Shown here one piece after another: positions 17,992-27,415 of a DNA stretch of 64,000 bases (position 1 is the stretch's first letter; each line of letters begins with the position of its first letter). The notes beneath the pieces are model-generated. The model searched no databases and had not been told where the DNA came from. It saw only the letters and a program-made list of their open reading frames with translations. This DNA is from Candidatus Dojkabacteria bacterium. GTDB lineage: Bacteria > Patescibacteriota > Dojkabacteria > B142 > JAFGMG01. The DNA lies in the NCBI GenBank assembly GCA_016927655.1, contig JAFGMG010000001.1:115599-179598 (forward strand). Reading direction: 5' to 3'. A program made the translations under genes and the position numbers.

Positions 17992-18306
17992 ATGAAAATG
18001 CTCGCAGATACAATCAAGAAAGCCAGAGAAGAAGCAAAATTATCTCAACTTCAAGTTGGAGTAGCTCTTGGTGTATCCGATAAAACTATTTCGGGTTATG
18101 AAGCAGGACGTATCAGCCCGCCGATTGATAAACTTCAAAAACTTGCCGAACTACTCAAAAAGCCGATCGGTTACTTCGTTGGTGTTGATCAGCGGGAATA
18201 CAAAGTTGCAGCAAGATTAAGAGGTGTGGAAATAATGCTTAGAGATATCAGACGGGAACTTCGAGAAATCAAAGCTCTTGCGCAAAGCACAAATTTGGAT
18301 GTTTAG
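17992..18306 (+). CDS. XRE-family helix-turn-helix transcriptional regulator
   Basis: LSQLQVGVALGVSDKTISGYEAG is the canonical HTH_3 motif. Confidence 0.7.
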   Translation: MKMLADTIKKAREEAKLSQLQVGVALGVSDKTISGYEAGRISPPIDKLQKLAELLKKPIGYFVGVDQREYKVAARLRGVEIMLRDIRRELREIKALAQSTNLDV

Positions 18307-18363
18307 CAGTTTTGTAGTAAAATCAAGCCGTTTTAGAATATTTTTTGGTTTAATTATTGACTC

Positions 18364-18849
18364 ATGGATACAGACATTTTAAACAAGGCGGAACAAACAT
18401 ATTTAAAAACCGATATTCCCGAATTTGAAGTTGGGGATACTATTGCTGTGCATACGATTATTAGAGAAAAAGGAAAACAAAGAATACAGGTTTTCAAAGG
18501 CGTTGTAATTGCAATCAAAGGATCTGGGACAAGAAAGACTTTTACTGTTAGAAAAGTCGCAACTGGAGGGATTGGTGTGGAAAAAATTCTTCCTCTTCAT
18601 TCCCCAAATATCAAAAAAATTGAGTTTATCAAAAAAGGAAAAGTAAAAAGATCGAAGATTTATTATATGCGAAAGAGAATTGGTAAGCTGGCAACGAAAA
18701 TTTCAGAGGGAGAAATGAGAGAGTCAATGAAAAAACAGCACGAAAGTTTGAAGGAGGAAAAACTAGAAAAGGAAGAAATCGCACCAGAGAAGGTGGTTGA
18801 ACCTGAGGTTGTTGAAGAAACCGAAGTAAAAACTGAGGAAAAGAAATAA
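18364..18849 (+). CDS. rplS: 50S ribosomal protein L19 with Lys/Glu-rich C-terminal extension
   Basis: RIQVFKGVVIAIKG...TFTVRKV..G.GVEKILPLHSP.I..IE...GKV.R.K.YY.R matches L19 throughout. Extra 45-aa charged tail. Confidence 0.9.
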   Translation: MDTDILNKAEQTYLKTDIPEFEVGDTIAVHTIIREKGKQRIQVFKGVVIAIKGSGTRKTFTVRKVATGGIGVEKILPLHSPNIKKIEFIKKGKVKRSKIYYMRKRIGKLATKISEGEMRESMKKQHESLKEEKLEKEEIAPEKVVEPEVVEETEVKTEEKK

Positions 18850-18864
18850 CCTAGAGACAAATCT

Positions 18865-19491
18865 ATGTCCCAAAACTTTTTGGCTCCGTTTCAAGAGACT
18901 AAATTAATTTCCAGAAATTATGATCTAATAGTTGGTATCGACGAAGCTGGCCGCGGGCCATGGGCGGGACCTGTTGCTGTTGGATTTTTTTTATACCTTA
19001 AAGGCGATGCTATAATAGAAGGTATCGATGATTCGAAAAGCCTGAGTTCTAAAGCGCGTGGTATTATTTTCCCTGAGCTTATTTCAACTAATGATAATTT
19101 CTGTCTGCTTGGCACCTCCAAACAAATAGATGAAATTGGCATTGGGAAAACGATTGAAAGATTGATCGGTGACGGCATAAAAAAAATTCTGGCCGGAAAC
19201 ACAGATGCCCGGATTTTATTTTTGATTGACGGATATTTCAAAGAAAATTTCGATGCTGAATATGAGCTGATAAAAAAAGGTGATTCAAAATATTACGTAA
19301 TAGCAGCAGCTTCCATCATCGCAAAAGAGACAAGGGACAATCTGATGAGAAAATTTGCAGTTAAATTCCCCAAATATGGCTTTGAAAAGCATATGGGATA
19401 TGGAACTCAGTATCATAGGCAGATGCTGCAAAAGTATGGACCGAGTGAAATTCATCGAAGAAGCTTTAAACCTGTCAGAGATTTTATTTAG
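18865..19491 (+). CDS. rnhB: Ribonuclease HII
   Basis: VGIDEAGRGPWAGPVAV catalytic-site motif (DEAGRG) and overall RNase HII length. Confidence 0.9.
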   Translation: MSQNFLAPFQETKLISRNYDLIVGIDEAGRGPWAGPVAVGFFLYLKGDAIIEGIDDSKSLSSKARGIIFPELISTNDNFCLLGTSKQIDEIGIGKTIERLIGDGIKKILAGNTDARILFLIDGYFKENFDAEYELIKKGDSKYYVIAAASIIAKETRDNLMRKFAVKFPKYGFEKHMGYGTQYHRQMLQKYGPSEIHRRSFKPVRDFI

Positions 19492-21746
19492 CGGTACCTT
19501 TCTTCAATCTCCTCCCTTCTGACATCGGCTTCAATGCTACCCAGACCAAGAGTTGTAAATACTAGGAATCGAGTCTTTCTAAGCGCTGGATAGATAAATT
19601 CTTTTCCTCCGCCAAGTCTGAGTGCGATCATCCCTATAAGAACTGCTGCAATCCCTAATATCCAAGGAGTCTCATCGACTATCCCAGTTGATGGCAACAC
19701 TCCTGTTGTTCCGCAAAGATCATCTAAGTAGAAATTATACCTGACCTGATCGCTGTCATAAGTTACAGTAGCCACATTTTCGACTCCTTCGGCAAGTGTT
19801 GCTAGATTGGCATTTGGTATGGTAACAGTATAGCTGAATGTCTGACTTTCATTTTCACTGAAAGTTCTTTGGGTTTCTGTGCCTGTCCATGTGATTATCC
19901 CGTTACTGATACTTCCTGTCATCCCAGATGAGGAAGTAATGCCTGTTACCCAGCTATCCTGGATGCCATCGTCAATTTCATCTGTAACGTTGGTGATGAT
20001 TCCGGTTCCCGGTCCAAGGTTTGTAACTGTCAGGGTATAGCTCAAGGTCGCCCCACCTGCTGTGCTGCAAACAGAAGTACCTGTTTTAACTATCAAAAAC
20101 GCAGGTTCTACTTCTTCCCCGGAATCATATGTAAAATCATAAATACAAGCGGGGATAGTTTCCCATGTTGTTCCGCCATCGAAACTTACCTCTACTTCAT
20201 AGCTGCCATTAGCAAGGCTCGATGCCTGCCATGCAAAGTGATACTGCCAGTTGGTTTCTGATACTTGTGCCACTGCAAATGCCGTGACTATACCCTCTCC
20301 TGGATTATAGACATCTTCTCCGACTGGTATATCATCTGATGTTAAAGTTACTCTCAATTTAACGTTAGCAAGTGTATATGGCTGAGTAGTTCCTGTTGTG
20401 TTTACCTCAACGTCAAAAAGCTCTATTTCATTTGGCCCGACAGGATCTGTGGCTGCTCTATCAAGGGCTACGCAAGTATTTGTATCTTCTGCAGTAACCA
20501 TCTCACAATTTATATCACAACCAGGTGTTGGAGTTCCGCCATGATCACACTCTTCTGTTCCATTTACTATCCCATCTCCGCAGTATGTACAGTCTGCACG
20601 GCACTCTACATCTAGAGCTTCGCCTGAAGGACAGATTATTCCGCTAAGCGTTTCTGGATTTTCGCAGGTTTCTCCTGCCTGGCAGATACCATCCCCGCAG
20701 GATTCATTTGGTTCTACCGTACCGCTGCAATTTGAGAATATAAAATCAAAGTTATTCGCTGTTGGATTACCATTCCAGATATCATTATCTGCTCTAGGTA
20801 ATCGACAGTGATCGTAAAATTCATAGCCTAAATCGGTTAGCTTATCTGCTTTTTCATAACTACTGCTTGATACCGTACATACAAGAAAACCTTTTTCATA
20901 ATCTGGATTTGTTTCTTCTACATTCAAGCATTTTAAATTATTAACATTTTCATCATAATCACAATATGTGTTTGCAAGTGTAAGTACTGAATATGAAGTG
21001 CCATTTGAAAGAGTTTTTGTTTCATCAATATTGGAAATTACAACATCAAAATGTCCGCCCCAGCGAATATTATCAAAAAGTACTGAATATTTCCCATCAG
21101 TACCTGTTGTCGTTTTTATAGATTTACGCTCGAGTGCAGCTGGATCATCATTATTGATAAAGATTTCGACCCCAGTCATTGGATATTTCGTAGTTCCTTC
21201 CTGACAATAGACATTACCTTTAAACGTAATCGGATAAGTAGTAGTCCCAGTATCAGTGCCCTCATCCCCACCAGTATCACCGCCACCGCCATCCGAAGTG
21301 CACTCTTTTCTATAAATAACAGCTCCGCAATTACCCCCCCCCACACTATCTCCTGGCTCACTAAAATCTATCTGAACATACCCACAATCTACCGAGTTTA
21401 GATAGCCTTCAATGTTTACTTGCGCACCAGAAGACACCCCATCAGCTACTTGGACACAATTCTCTATACATCTACCAGTCGTTTGTGTTTCTTCGCATAC
21501 ACAGCGATCAACATGCAAACCATTACAGTAGTCGGCACTTGCCATAGTGCAATTCATACCAGAACAACCAAACCCGTAACCAGGATTCAGCAAACTGACA
21601 AATTCCCACGCTCCAGCAGCAGCACTTTCATCCGGAGCCTGACTTTCTCTTGAAAGCCTATAGCCTATATAAACGGACGCCCCGGCTAGTCCTAAAGTCA
21701 GAATAAGAAGAAATACAATTGTAAACCTACGCGCATTCCCTTTCAC
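19488..21746 (-). CDS. Large cysteine-rich cell-surface protein with DUF11-like repeat and C-terminal LPSTG sorting-signal-like motif
   Basis: N-terminal signal/TM. CGDGI..GE.C / CDHGG Cys-rich repeats (myxococcal Cys-rich repeat type). LSYTLTVTNLGPGTG (DUF11 repeat). C-terminal LPSTG + hydrophobic helix + charged tail (the tail is unusually long). Confidence 0.55.
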   Translation of the reverse strand: MKGNARRFTIVFLLILTLGLAGASVYIGYRLSRESQAPDESAAAGAWEFVSLLNPGYGFGCSGMNCTMASADYCNGLHVDRCVCEETQTTGRCIENCVQVADGVSSGAQVNIEGYLNSVDCGYVQIDFSEPGDSVGGGNCGAVIYRKECTSDGGGGDTGGDEGTDTGTTTYPITFKGNVYCQEGTTKYPMTGVEIFINNDDPAALERKSIKTTTGTDGKYSVLFDNIRWGGHFDVVISNIDETKTLSNGTSYSVLTLANTYCDYDENVNNLKCLNVEETNPDYEKGFLVCTVSSSSYEKADKLTDLGYEFYDHCRLPRADNDIWNGNPTANNFDFIFSNCSGTVEPNESCGDGICQAGETCENPETLSGIICPSGEALDVECRADCTYCGDGIVNGTEECDHGGTPTPGCDINCEMVTAEDTNTCVALDRAATDPVGPNEIELFDVEVNTTGTTQPYTLANVKLRVTLTSDDIPVGEDVYNPGEGIVTAFAVAQVSETNWQYHFAWQASSLANGSYEVEVSFDGGTTWETIPACIYDFTYDSGEEVEPAFLIVKTGTSVCSTAGGATLSYTLTVTNLGPGTGIITNVTDEIDDGIQDSWVTGITSSSGMTGSISNGIITWTGTETQRTFSENESQTFSYTVTIPNANLATLAEGVENVATVTYDSDQVRYNFYLDDLCGTTGVLPSTGIVDETPWILGIAAVLIGMIALRLGGGKEFIYPALRKTRFLVFTTLGLGSIEADVRREEIEERYR

Positions 21747-21807
21747 GATTTGTTATTTTTAATTTGCAACTAGTATGCAAACAGTATGTAGAGTTTTTTT
21801 CGCGATG

Positions 21808-23226
21808 TCAACTCAAAAACAGCCCCTCAATGTTAAAAAGAGTATAAATGGCACCTCCAGCAATCAGCACAATCAATACCAATTGTAGAATTCTCGCTCC
21901 ATATTTCTGCCATTCTTTTTTCAATCCACCAACCTTCAAATATTCGAATTCCAGCTCTTTCTTTTCTTTCTGCGCACTCAAATTCGCAACAACCGCCCCA
22001 AGCAGGAAAAGCACAATCAAAACCTGCATAGAATAATTAAAGAAGAAAGCAAGCATCCCAAGCAAGACCAAACTGCCAAATAGTCCATGTGCAAACATTG
22101 ATTTTTTATCCGGTTTCCCGGCAAGAGACCTGGCAGCTAAAGCAAGACTGCCGAAATACACCACGAAAAGAACAAGCCCAAGAAGTCCATAACTGGAAAA
22201 CACATTTGAAACAAAAGTCTGACTACTCACATCAAATCCACCACCGATCATAAATTCAACAGCCTTGATCCCTTTAAACACATCAATGTTGTCCTGTAAA
22301 CCACTTCGAAGAAGACCCAAAGTTCGATCAGAAAACAGCAAATTCAAAACAACCGCCATAGCAAGACCTAATGCAACCAACATATTCAAAACAGCATAAA
22401 GCGCACTATCAACTAGTTTAAATTTCAAACTCCCCTTTTTGTAGCTGATCAAATTACGGATATCTTTTAGTTTATAATCTCTTCTCAAAAAACCAATTCC
22501 AAGAATCAACACCAAAGCAAGCATATAGACAAATGCAAGTTCCAGATCAAGATTGAGAAAGCCAAGTAAGGCAACAAGAATCAATTCCACAAAGTAAATG
22601 ACCTTAAAATAATAGCTTTCAAGTTCAAGCCCGAACCCAATAAAGGCTGGTAAAAGTGCTAATATCAAATAAGCAATCGAAGTAAACACCTCTCCATCAA
22701 TAATGTATTTCCCAACAACTAATACTTGAATACTTGCAAACAAAACAAGCAGAATATTTTTTAGCCGGAAATTTTTCCTGAAAGAAACATCAAAAATATA
22801 ACCGCCAAAAAGCATTAGAAGAATTCCCAGAATCGTATAATGCCAGGCACTTTGATTTGGAAGCATCCCCTGGTTCCCCTCGAGGTCTAAAACCTGCTTA
22901 AGAAGCAGTGTCGAAATCAAGCCAATAGCCAGTAGCAGCGAAGATAGGTCAAACTTGCTCTCCGGGAAAAATTTCACCCCGGCTAAAACCGCTTTCACAG
23001 CCTGCGCTGCAAGAATTATAGCCAATGCACTAACCAGAAGCTCAAAAACATCCACATACTGCACCTTCGCAAGAATCGTAGTTCTTGCGAGCAAGAATGC
23101 AAAAACGATCCCGGTTGTAAGCTGAATTAGATTTAGCAATGTATAAGGAAGCTCTCTGCTTTTTATTTTCGGCAGCGAAAGATCCAGAGTCCTCGAACCA
23201 CTCAAACGAATTCTCAGCTTTGACAT
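21808..23226 (-). CDS. Polytopic membrane protein (possibly Wzy/O-antigen-ligase-like)
   Basis: At least 10 predicted TM helices with one larger external loop. No confident motif. The functional call is speculative. Confidence 0.3.
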   Translation of the reverse strand: MSKLRIRLSGSRTLDLSLPKIKSRELPYTLLNLIQLTTGIVFAFLLARTTILAKVQYVDVFELLVSALAIILAAQAVKAVLAGVKFFPESKFDLSSLLLAIGLISTLLLKQVLDLEGNQGMLPNQSAWHYTILGILLMLFGGYIFDVSFRKNFRLKNILLVLFASIQVLVVGKYIIDGEVFTSIAYLILALLPAFIGFGLELESYYFKVIYFVELILVALLGFLNLDLELAFVYMLALVLILGIGFLRRDYKLKDIRNLISYKKGSLKFKLVDSALYAVLNMLVALGLAMAVVLNLLFSDRTLGLLRSGLQDNIDVFKGIKAVEFMIGGGFDVSSQTFVSNVFSSYGLLGLVLFVVYFGSLALAARSLAGKPDKKSMFAHGLFGSLVLLGMLAFFFNYSMQVLIVLFLLGAVVANLSAQKEKKELEFEYLKVGGLKKEWQKYGARILQLVLIVLIAGGAIYTLFNIEGLFLS

Positions 23227-23357
23227 TTGAAATTTATATAATAATTAAAAGTGGGCAAGTTTCACTTTGTTTTGTTAAAGAAAGATTATCATAAAGAGGC
23301 TCATGCTTCAAGCGCAATTGCCTAGGTGCTATAATCTCGTACAATTACTGTAAATTA

Positions 23358-24254
23358 TTGAAAACAATTGACGGGCTCAAAATTTCAGAAAAGGTTCTAT
23401 CCGATGTCAAACAGGAAGTCGAAGAATTAGAGACCAAACCAGTTCTGGCAATAATTTATACTGGAGAAAATGCTGCCAGCGAAATATATGTAAACAAAAA
23501 AATCGACGCTGCGAAATTGGTAGGGATCAAGACAGAACTTATTCGTTTACCAGATACGACAACAGAAGATTTAATTCAAATTACAGATGCTTTAAATAAA
23601 AGGGACGAAATCACCGGCTATATCATACAGCTTCCAATGCTAAAGGGTATAGACGGAGAGGAAATTCTTGCAAATATTGCCCCAGCGAAAGATGTAGACG
23701 GATTGAGCCCAGAAAGCCTTGGGAATTTGTGGCATGGAAATGACTGCCTGGTTTCAGCAACCGCGCTTGCAGTTCTAGAATGCTTGAAATACTTCACCAG
23801 ATATGAAGATGGGGAATATAGCCACGAAGAATTGGAGCGCGGGGATGAATTTCTTAGCAAGTCCTTGAAAGGCAAAAACGTGCTGATAATCAATGACACT
23901 CTGCTTGTGGGCAAGCCACTAAGTGCAATCATGCTAAGAAACGGCGCAACTGTTACTATTGCCAATGAAAATACACCGGCACGGGAGCTGCAGAAATTTG
24001 TCGGACGATCGAAAATTGTAATCACTGCAACTGGCAAACATGGCTTGATCAATTCACATATGATTCACGAGGGACAGATCCTGATCGATGTCGGGATAAA
24101 TAAAACTGCACTAGGCATAGGCGGAGATATCGATCCAAAGGGACTTGAGAACATGAATATCTGGTATACACCTGTCCCGAATGGAGTCGGTCCAATCACA
24201 GTTGCAATGCTTCTAAAAAACGTATTAAATGCATACAAGAAAAAATATGAATAA
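23358..24254 (+). CDS. folD: Bifunctional 5,10-methylene-THF dehydrogenase / 5,10-methenyl-THF cyclohydrolase
   Basis: YV.KK...A...GI, QLP and PVPNGVGPITVAMLL motifs of FolD. TTG start. Contains an extra insertion of about 20 aa (HEELERGDEFLSKSLKG). Confidence 0.85.
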   Translation: MKTIDGLKISEKVLSDVKQEVEELETKPVLAIIYTGENAASEIYVNKKIDAAKLVGIKTELIRLPDTTTEDLIQITDALNKRDEITGYIIQLPMLKGIDGEEILANIAPAKDVDGLSPESLGNLWHGNDCLVSATALAVLECLKYFTRYEDGEYSHEELERGDEFLSKSLKGKNVLIINDTLLVGKPLSAIMLRNGATVTIANENTPARELQKFVGRSKIVITATGKHGLINSHMIHEGQILIDVGINKTALGIGGDIDPKGLENMNIWYTPVPNGVGPITVAMLLKNVLNAYKKKYE

Positions 24255-25602
24255 ACCAAATCTCAAAAAATCTGACCTAAAACTAGCAAAACTAATATTA
24301 CTGGAAGAAATCCGCCAGCAGGATAAACTTTCAATGATCCCTTCCGAGAATTTTACGAGCAAAGCTGTCCGTGAAGCTGTTGGAAGTGTGATGATGAACA
24401 AATATTCCGAGGGAAATATTGGAAAAAGATACTACGAAGGGAATGAATTCATCGACGAGATTGAACAGTTAGCAATCGACAGGGCAAGGCAAGCTTTTAA
24501 TCTACCGCAAAACTGGGGAGTAAACGTTCAAGCGCTTTCAGGCAGCAATGCCAATCTAGCCTCCCTTCTAGCCGTATTAAATAAGGACGATCTAATCATG
24601 AGTATGTACCTGCCTGATGGCGGGCATTTGTCTCATGGCTGGTCATACAATCCAGCTCTCAAGCCCGATCCTCAAAATCTGGTTTTTAAAGAAGGAACAA
24701 AAGAAGTCCATGTGGTATCAAAGCTTTTTAAAATCATTCAATACAAAACCGACCCAAAGACCCAGCTATTTGACTATGACAAACTGGAAGAAATTGCCCT
24801 TAAATACAAGCCAAGGATGATAATTACCGGGGGAACAGCTTATCCAAGAGAGATTGATTATAAAAGAATGCGGCAGATTGCAGATAAAGTCGGAGCTTTG
24901 TATTTGGCAGATGTCGCTCATGAGGCAGGTTTAATAAGTGCAGGTGTTTTGAGCTCTCCTGTTAGCATTGCGGATATCGTGACAATGACCACGCACAAGA
25001 CCCTAAGATGCACGAGAGGAGCAATCATTCTTGCCAGAAATGATTTGATCGAGAAAATCAACCACGCAATTCTTCCGGGACTTCAAGGCGGTCCGCACAA
25101 TCACAATATAGCAGGAATCGCTGCCGGACTTAGTGAAGCATTAAAACCAGAATTTAAAATCTACGCTAAACAAGTTGTCAAAAATGCGCAGATCCTGGCA
25201 GAAGAATTAAAGAAGTATGACTTTAATCTAGTCTCTGGAGGAACTGATAAGCACATGATCCTGATCAATATGACAAACAAGGGAATCCTTGGGAAAAAAG
25301 CTGCAAGAGCACTTGATCATGCAGGAATCGTTGCAAATATGAACACCATGCCTCAAGAAACAAGAAGTCCGGCAAACCCATCGGCCCTTCGGCTTGGGAC
25401 TCCGGTCATTACAACTAGGGGGATGAAAGTAAAAGAAATGAAACAAATCGCCAAATGGATAAATGAAGTTATTGAAATTGCAAAAGAATATACCAACTTG
25501 GAATTTGACGAATTTGATGAAAGGACCGCAAAAGATAAAAAAATCAAAGCCATAGCGATAGAAGTTAAAAAGCTTTGCAGGAAATTCCCATTAGCGATTT
25601 AG
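24229..25602 (+). CDS. glyA: Serine hydroxymethyltransferase
   Basis: SENFTSKAVREAVGSVMMNKYSEG and PLP-lysine block TTHKTLRCTRG. Overlaps folD by 26 nt. Start could be the downstream Met (24247). Confidence 0.9.
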   Translation: MHTRKNMNKPNLKKSDLKLAKLILLEEIRQQDKLSMIPSENFTSKAVREAVGSVMMNKYSEGNIGKRYYEGNEFIDEIEQLAIDRARQAFNLPQNWGVNVQALSGSNANLASLLAVLNKDDLIMSMYLPDGGHLSHGWSYNPALKPDPQNLVFKEGTKEVHVVSKLFKIIQYKTDPKTQLFDYDKLEEIALKYKPRMIITGGTAYPREIDYKRMRQIADKVGALYLADVAHEAGLISAGVLSSPVSIADIVTMTTHKTLRCTRGAIILARNDLIEKINHAILPGLQGGPHNHNIAGIAAGLSEALKPEFKIYAKQVVKNAQILAEELKKYDFNLVSGGTDKHMILINMTNKGILGKKAARALDHAGIVANMNTMPQETRSPANPSALRLGTPVITTRGMKVKEMKQIAKWINEVIEIAKEYTNLEFDEFDERTAKDKKIKAIAIEVKKLCRKFPLAI

Positions 25603-26700
25603 AAGGTTCGCATACAATCTCTCATATTCCCCAACCATCCTACTGACTGAAAAAAGTTTTTTGACCCTTTTTCTGGCCCTTTCAATATTTTCCTCCCTTA
25701 TTCCCTTATTGCTTGCGATATTTTCAATTGCTTTAGCCAGCTCCCCGGAATTTCCCGGCTCGACAAGAAGGCCTCCATCCTGGACTATTTCAGGCAGTGC
25801 TCCTGCTGTAGTTGCAATAACCGGGATCTCATATCCCATAGCCTCAGCAGTAGCCATTCCGAAACTTTCATCTAAAGAAGGCTGGACATAGATGTTTATT
25901 CCCGACCAGAAATCCTTCAAGTCTTCCCTTACTCCAAGCCATTGAACGTCAAAATTCACCTTTAGATCAACTGCGTGCTGCTTGAGAAAATCTTCTTCCG
26001 GCCCTTCTCCCACCACTTTCAATATTATCTTGTTGGAATTATTTTCACCAAATTTTGCAATTGCCTCTAGTAGAAAAAGAATCCCTTTTCTTCTGTGAAG
26101 TGAGGCAATAGTACCAACCGCAATCGGCTCCCAGGACTTTCTTGGCATGATTTTATCAAACTCTACTCCGTTATAGATCACACTGGAAGTTTCTTTTGAA
26201 GTTATTTTTTTGCGCAAAAGAAAGTCCTGGACTGCTTTTGAAACGCAGACAGTCCATGTCGTAAACCTTGACATTCTTCTTAAATTTGCCAGCTGGTAGC
26301 CCCTGCGCCAGTTCTGCGGCAATGTATAATCTTTAGTCCAATTATGCTCAGTATATACAAGAATCTGCCTGAATCTTGAGTTGAGCATTTTTAAAAATGA
26401 ACCAGCCTTAACCCCCTGTGCATGAAGAATTACTCTTGGATTTTTCTCAATTTCTGCTTTTAAAAATTTACGCAATTTCCGGACATTGCCAATGCCTCTT
26501 TTGAATTCAAATTCAAAATGCTTGATCCCTAATTTCTTCGCCTTTTTCGAAAGGAACCCGGAGGGACTAATTACAACGAGTTCGTAGCCCTTTTTGTTCA
26601 AACCTTCAAGAAGCTTTAGAAGCTGAATAGGCCCGCCCGAAAAGCCCGCATCTGCAATTGCATAAATTATTTTTGTTTTAGCTTCCGTCATTTTTATCAC
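25591..26700 (-). CDS. GT4 (group 1) glycosyltransferase
   Basis: ESFGMATAEAMGYEIPVIAT (E-x7-E GT4 signature). GT-B fold length. Confidence 0.8.
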   Translation of the reverse strand: MIKMTEAKTKIIYAIADAGFSGGPIQLLKLLEGLNKKGYELVVISPSGFLSKKAKKLGIKHFEFEFKRGIGNVRKLRKFLKAEIEKNPRVILHAQGVKAGSFLKMLNSRFRQILVYTEHNWTKDYTLPQNWRRGYQLANLRRMSRFTTWTVCVSKAVQDFLLRKKITSKETSSVIYNGVEFDKIMPRKSWEPIAVGTIASLHRRKGILFLLEAIAKFGENNSNKIILKVVGEGPEEDFLKQHAVDLKVNFDVQWLGVREDLKDFWSGINIYVQPSLDESFGMATAEAMGYEIPVIATTAGALPEIVQDGGLLVEPGNSGELAKAIENIASNKGIREENIERARKRVKKLFSVSRMVGEYERLYANLLNR

Positions 26701-27415
26701 AATTTAATATTCGAAAAACTCCATCTTCCAGACTGGCAGGGCAGTATCCATCTCGTCTCCTGACAAACCAGTCTTCTTCATTTTCAGGGAGTTTTACATT
26801 TGAGTCCAAAATATTTTCGGGCGGGTAGTTTGTCGCCGTGATATTCCAAAGTCCGATTAAAAAAATATAAAAAACAAATAGTCCTGTCATCAATAAGCCA
26901 AAAACGCTGGTTTTTGACAATTTCCGCCTTCTATCTTTATAGCTGGTTTCAATTTCCTTTAAGCTTGGATAAATCCACATCCCAAGACCCACACCAAGGG
27001 TCGAACCAGTAAGCATCCGGGTTAAATTTGTACTGGAATAGAATACATGCCCGCTCTCGGAAAGTCCAAGCATAGTAGCTACAAGCTGGATTCCTCCATC
27101 AAGACCGATCGGCAGGACGAAAAGAATTGCCTCATACCATTTAATCTCAGCTGTTTTAATAAATTTAAATACCACTCCAGCAGCAAATAATCCGAACCAG
27201 ATAAAAGCATCTCTTGTGCACCATGCGACCTGGTAGTCAAAGATATGAAGACTTCGGTAATGAAGCTGATGGCAGAAAAATGAGTATATAAAATAGATAT
27301 ATTTTGCTACTTCTTCCAAACCAAAATGCATAAGAACAGGAGCAAGATAGGCAAAAAAATTAAGCATAAAAACGAAAAGCAGCAGTAAATTGTATGGAGT
27401 TATATATTTTTTCAT
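26678..27415 (-). CDS. DUF2085-type membrane protein
   Basis: CHQLHYRSLHIFDYQVAWCTRDAFIWFG resembles the CHQ...RS...CaRCtG signature of DUF2085. About 6 TM helices. Confidence 0.5.
   Translation of the reverse strand: MKKYITPYNLLLLFVFMLNFFAYLAPVLMHFGLEEVAKYIYFIYSFFCHQLHYRSLHIFDYQVAWCTRDAFIWFGLFAAGVVFKFIKTAEIKWYEAILFVLPIGLDGGIQLVATMLGLSESGHVFYSSTNLTRMLTGSTLGVGLGMWIYPSLKEIETSYKDRRRKLSKTSVFGLLMTGLFVFYIFLIGLWNITATNYPPENILDSNVKLPENEEDWFVRRRDGYCPASLEDGVFRILNCDKNDGS

Noticed and set aside
19488-21746. Several 60-80-aa ORFs nested inside the large surface-protein gene (e.g. 20968-21204 +, 21176-21361 -, 21420-21653 +)
   Set aside because: They are embedded in or antisense to a long, motif-supported ORF, with no independent support.
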